Assembly: GCF_009914755.1 (NCBI RefSeq)
Contig: NC_060934.1
DNA: 64,000 nucleotides
Direction: 5' to 3' (one strand)
DNA from: the human T2T-CHM13v2.0 reference genome, Homo sapiens
How positions within the stretch are numbered: position 1 is the stretch's first letter; each line of letters starts with the position of its first letter. This document shows, in pieces, positions 63,468 to 64,000 of the stretch. A program made the translations under genes and the position numbers. Below the pieces are notes generated by a model that did no database searches, was not told the origin of the DNA, and saw nothing but the letters and a program-made list of their open reading frames with translations.

Positions 63468-64000
63468 TGTAAACCAAAAATAAAATTCTGAGCCCCCTAA
63501 CCAACTGATGGGCCCTGACTCTAGGTCAAGGGCATTCCAAAGAAACCTGAAAAACTAGTTCAGGTCACGATGGGAAGAGAGTCAGACATGTCTCATGACA
63601 CCCTCCTCCCTTTAGAATTCAGGCATGACTGACCAGCATTAATGTTAAATCAGAGATCTTAAGACTGACAAAGCAGACTCTTTATAGCAATAAGACAGCA
63701 AATTCCAACCTGACTCCAGTTTAGCATCACAGGACAGATAGCAGGCCCTGAAAGAAACTGAAATATTTTACCCCAAAATATATTTCTTTGACATATTTTG
63801 AAACGGCCCTGCAAAGTTGTCTCTTGTGGGGGAAAAGTCTATGTCCTGTAGAGAATCCCCTTCCCTTTCTGGATTTTTTTTGCTGGTCCAAAAGAGAATT
63901 AACTAACAGCCTGGCCCCTTTTTAGGCCTGATAAGAGCTCTGAAGCCTGCTGCGTAGAGGCTTCCTCTGCATGATAAAATCTTGATCTCCACAACCCCTC
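63468..64000 (+). mobile_element. MER4-type ERV1 LTR, cut by the window end
   Basis: tgtaaaccaaaaataaaattctgagcccc...aaatattttaccccaaaatatatttctttgacatattttgaaa. Confidence 0.85.

Overview
Primate (probably human) euchromatic, Alu-dense non-coding DNA. I count about 70 Alu/FLAM/FRAM/FAM copies, plus many solo LTRs (MaLR MLT1/MST; ERV1 MER4, MER50, LTR8, MER34/39-like; ERVL MER21, MER68), L1 fragments, MIR/L2 relics and DNA transposons (Tigger3, MER45, Charlie-type, MADE1). No protein-coding gene and no CpG island can be supported. Nearly all ORFs in the track are Alu or simple-repeat read-throughs, and one is the L1 ORF2 C-terminus. The only clear RNA-gene-derived feature is a U13 (SNORD13) snoRNA retrocopy split by an Alu. 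The most unusual unexplained stretch is 54.7-56.0 kb. It carries two ~81%-identical 135-bp direct repeats with a covarying minus-strand hairpin, enclosing a CRE/CCAAT/E2F motif cluster, a triple-hairpin segment bounded by 11-bp direct repeats and a 16-bp palindrome. Other points of note are deep TE nesting, a chimeric Alu, a G4/micro-exon candidate, locally retained CpGs and several enhancer-like motif clusters. Repeat subfamily names are recalled from consensus sequences, not searched, and coordinates are counted by hand. I found no evidence of a complete novel system; the findings are leads.
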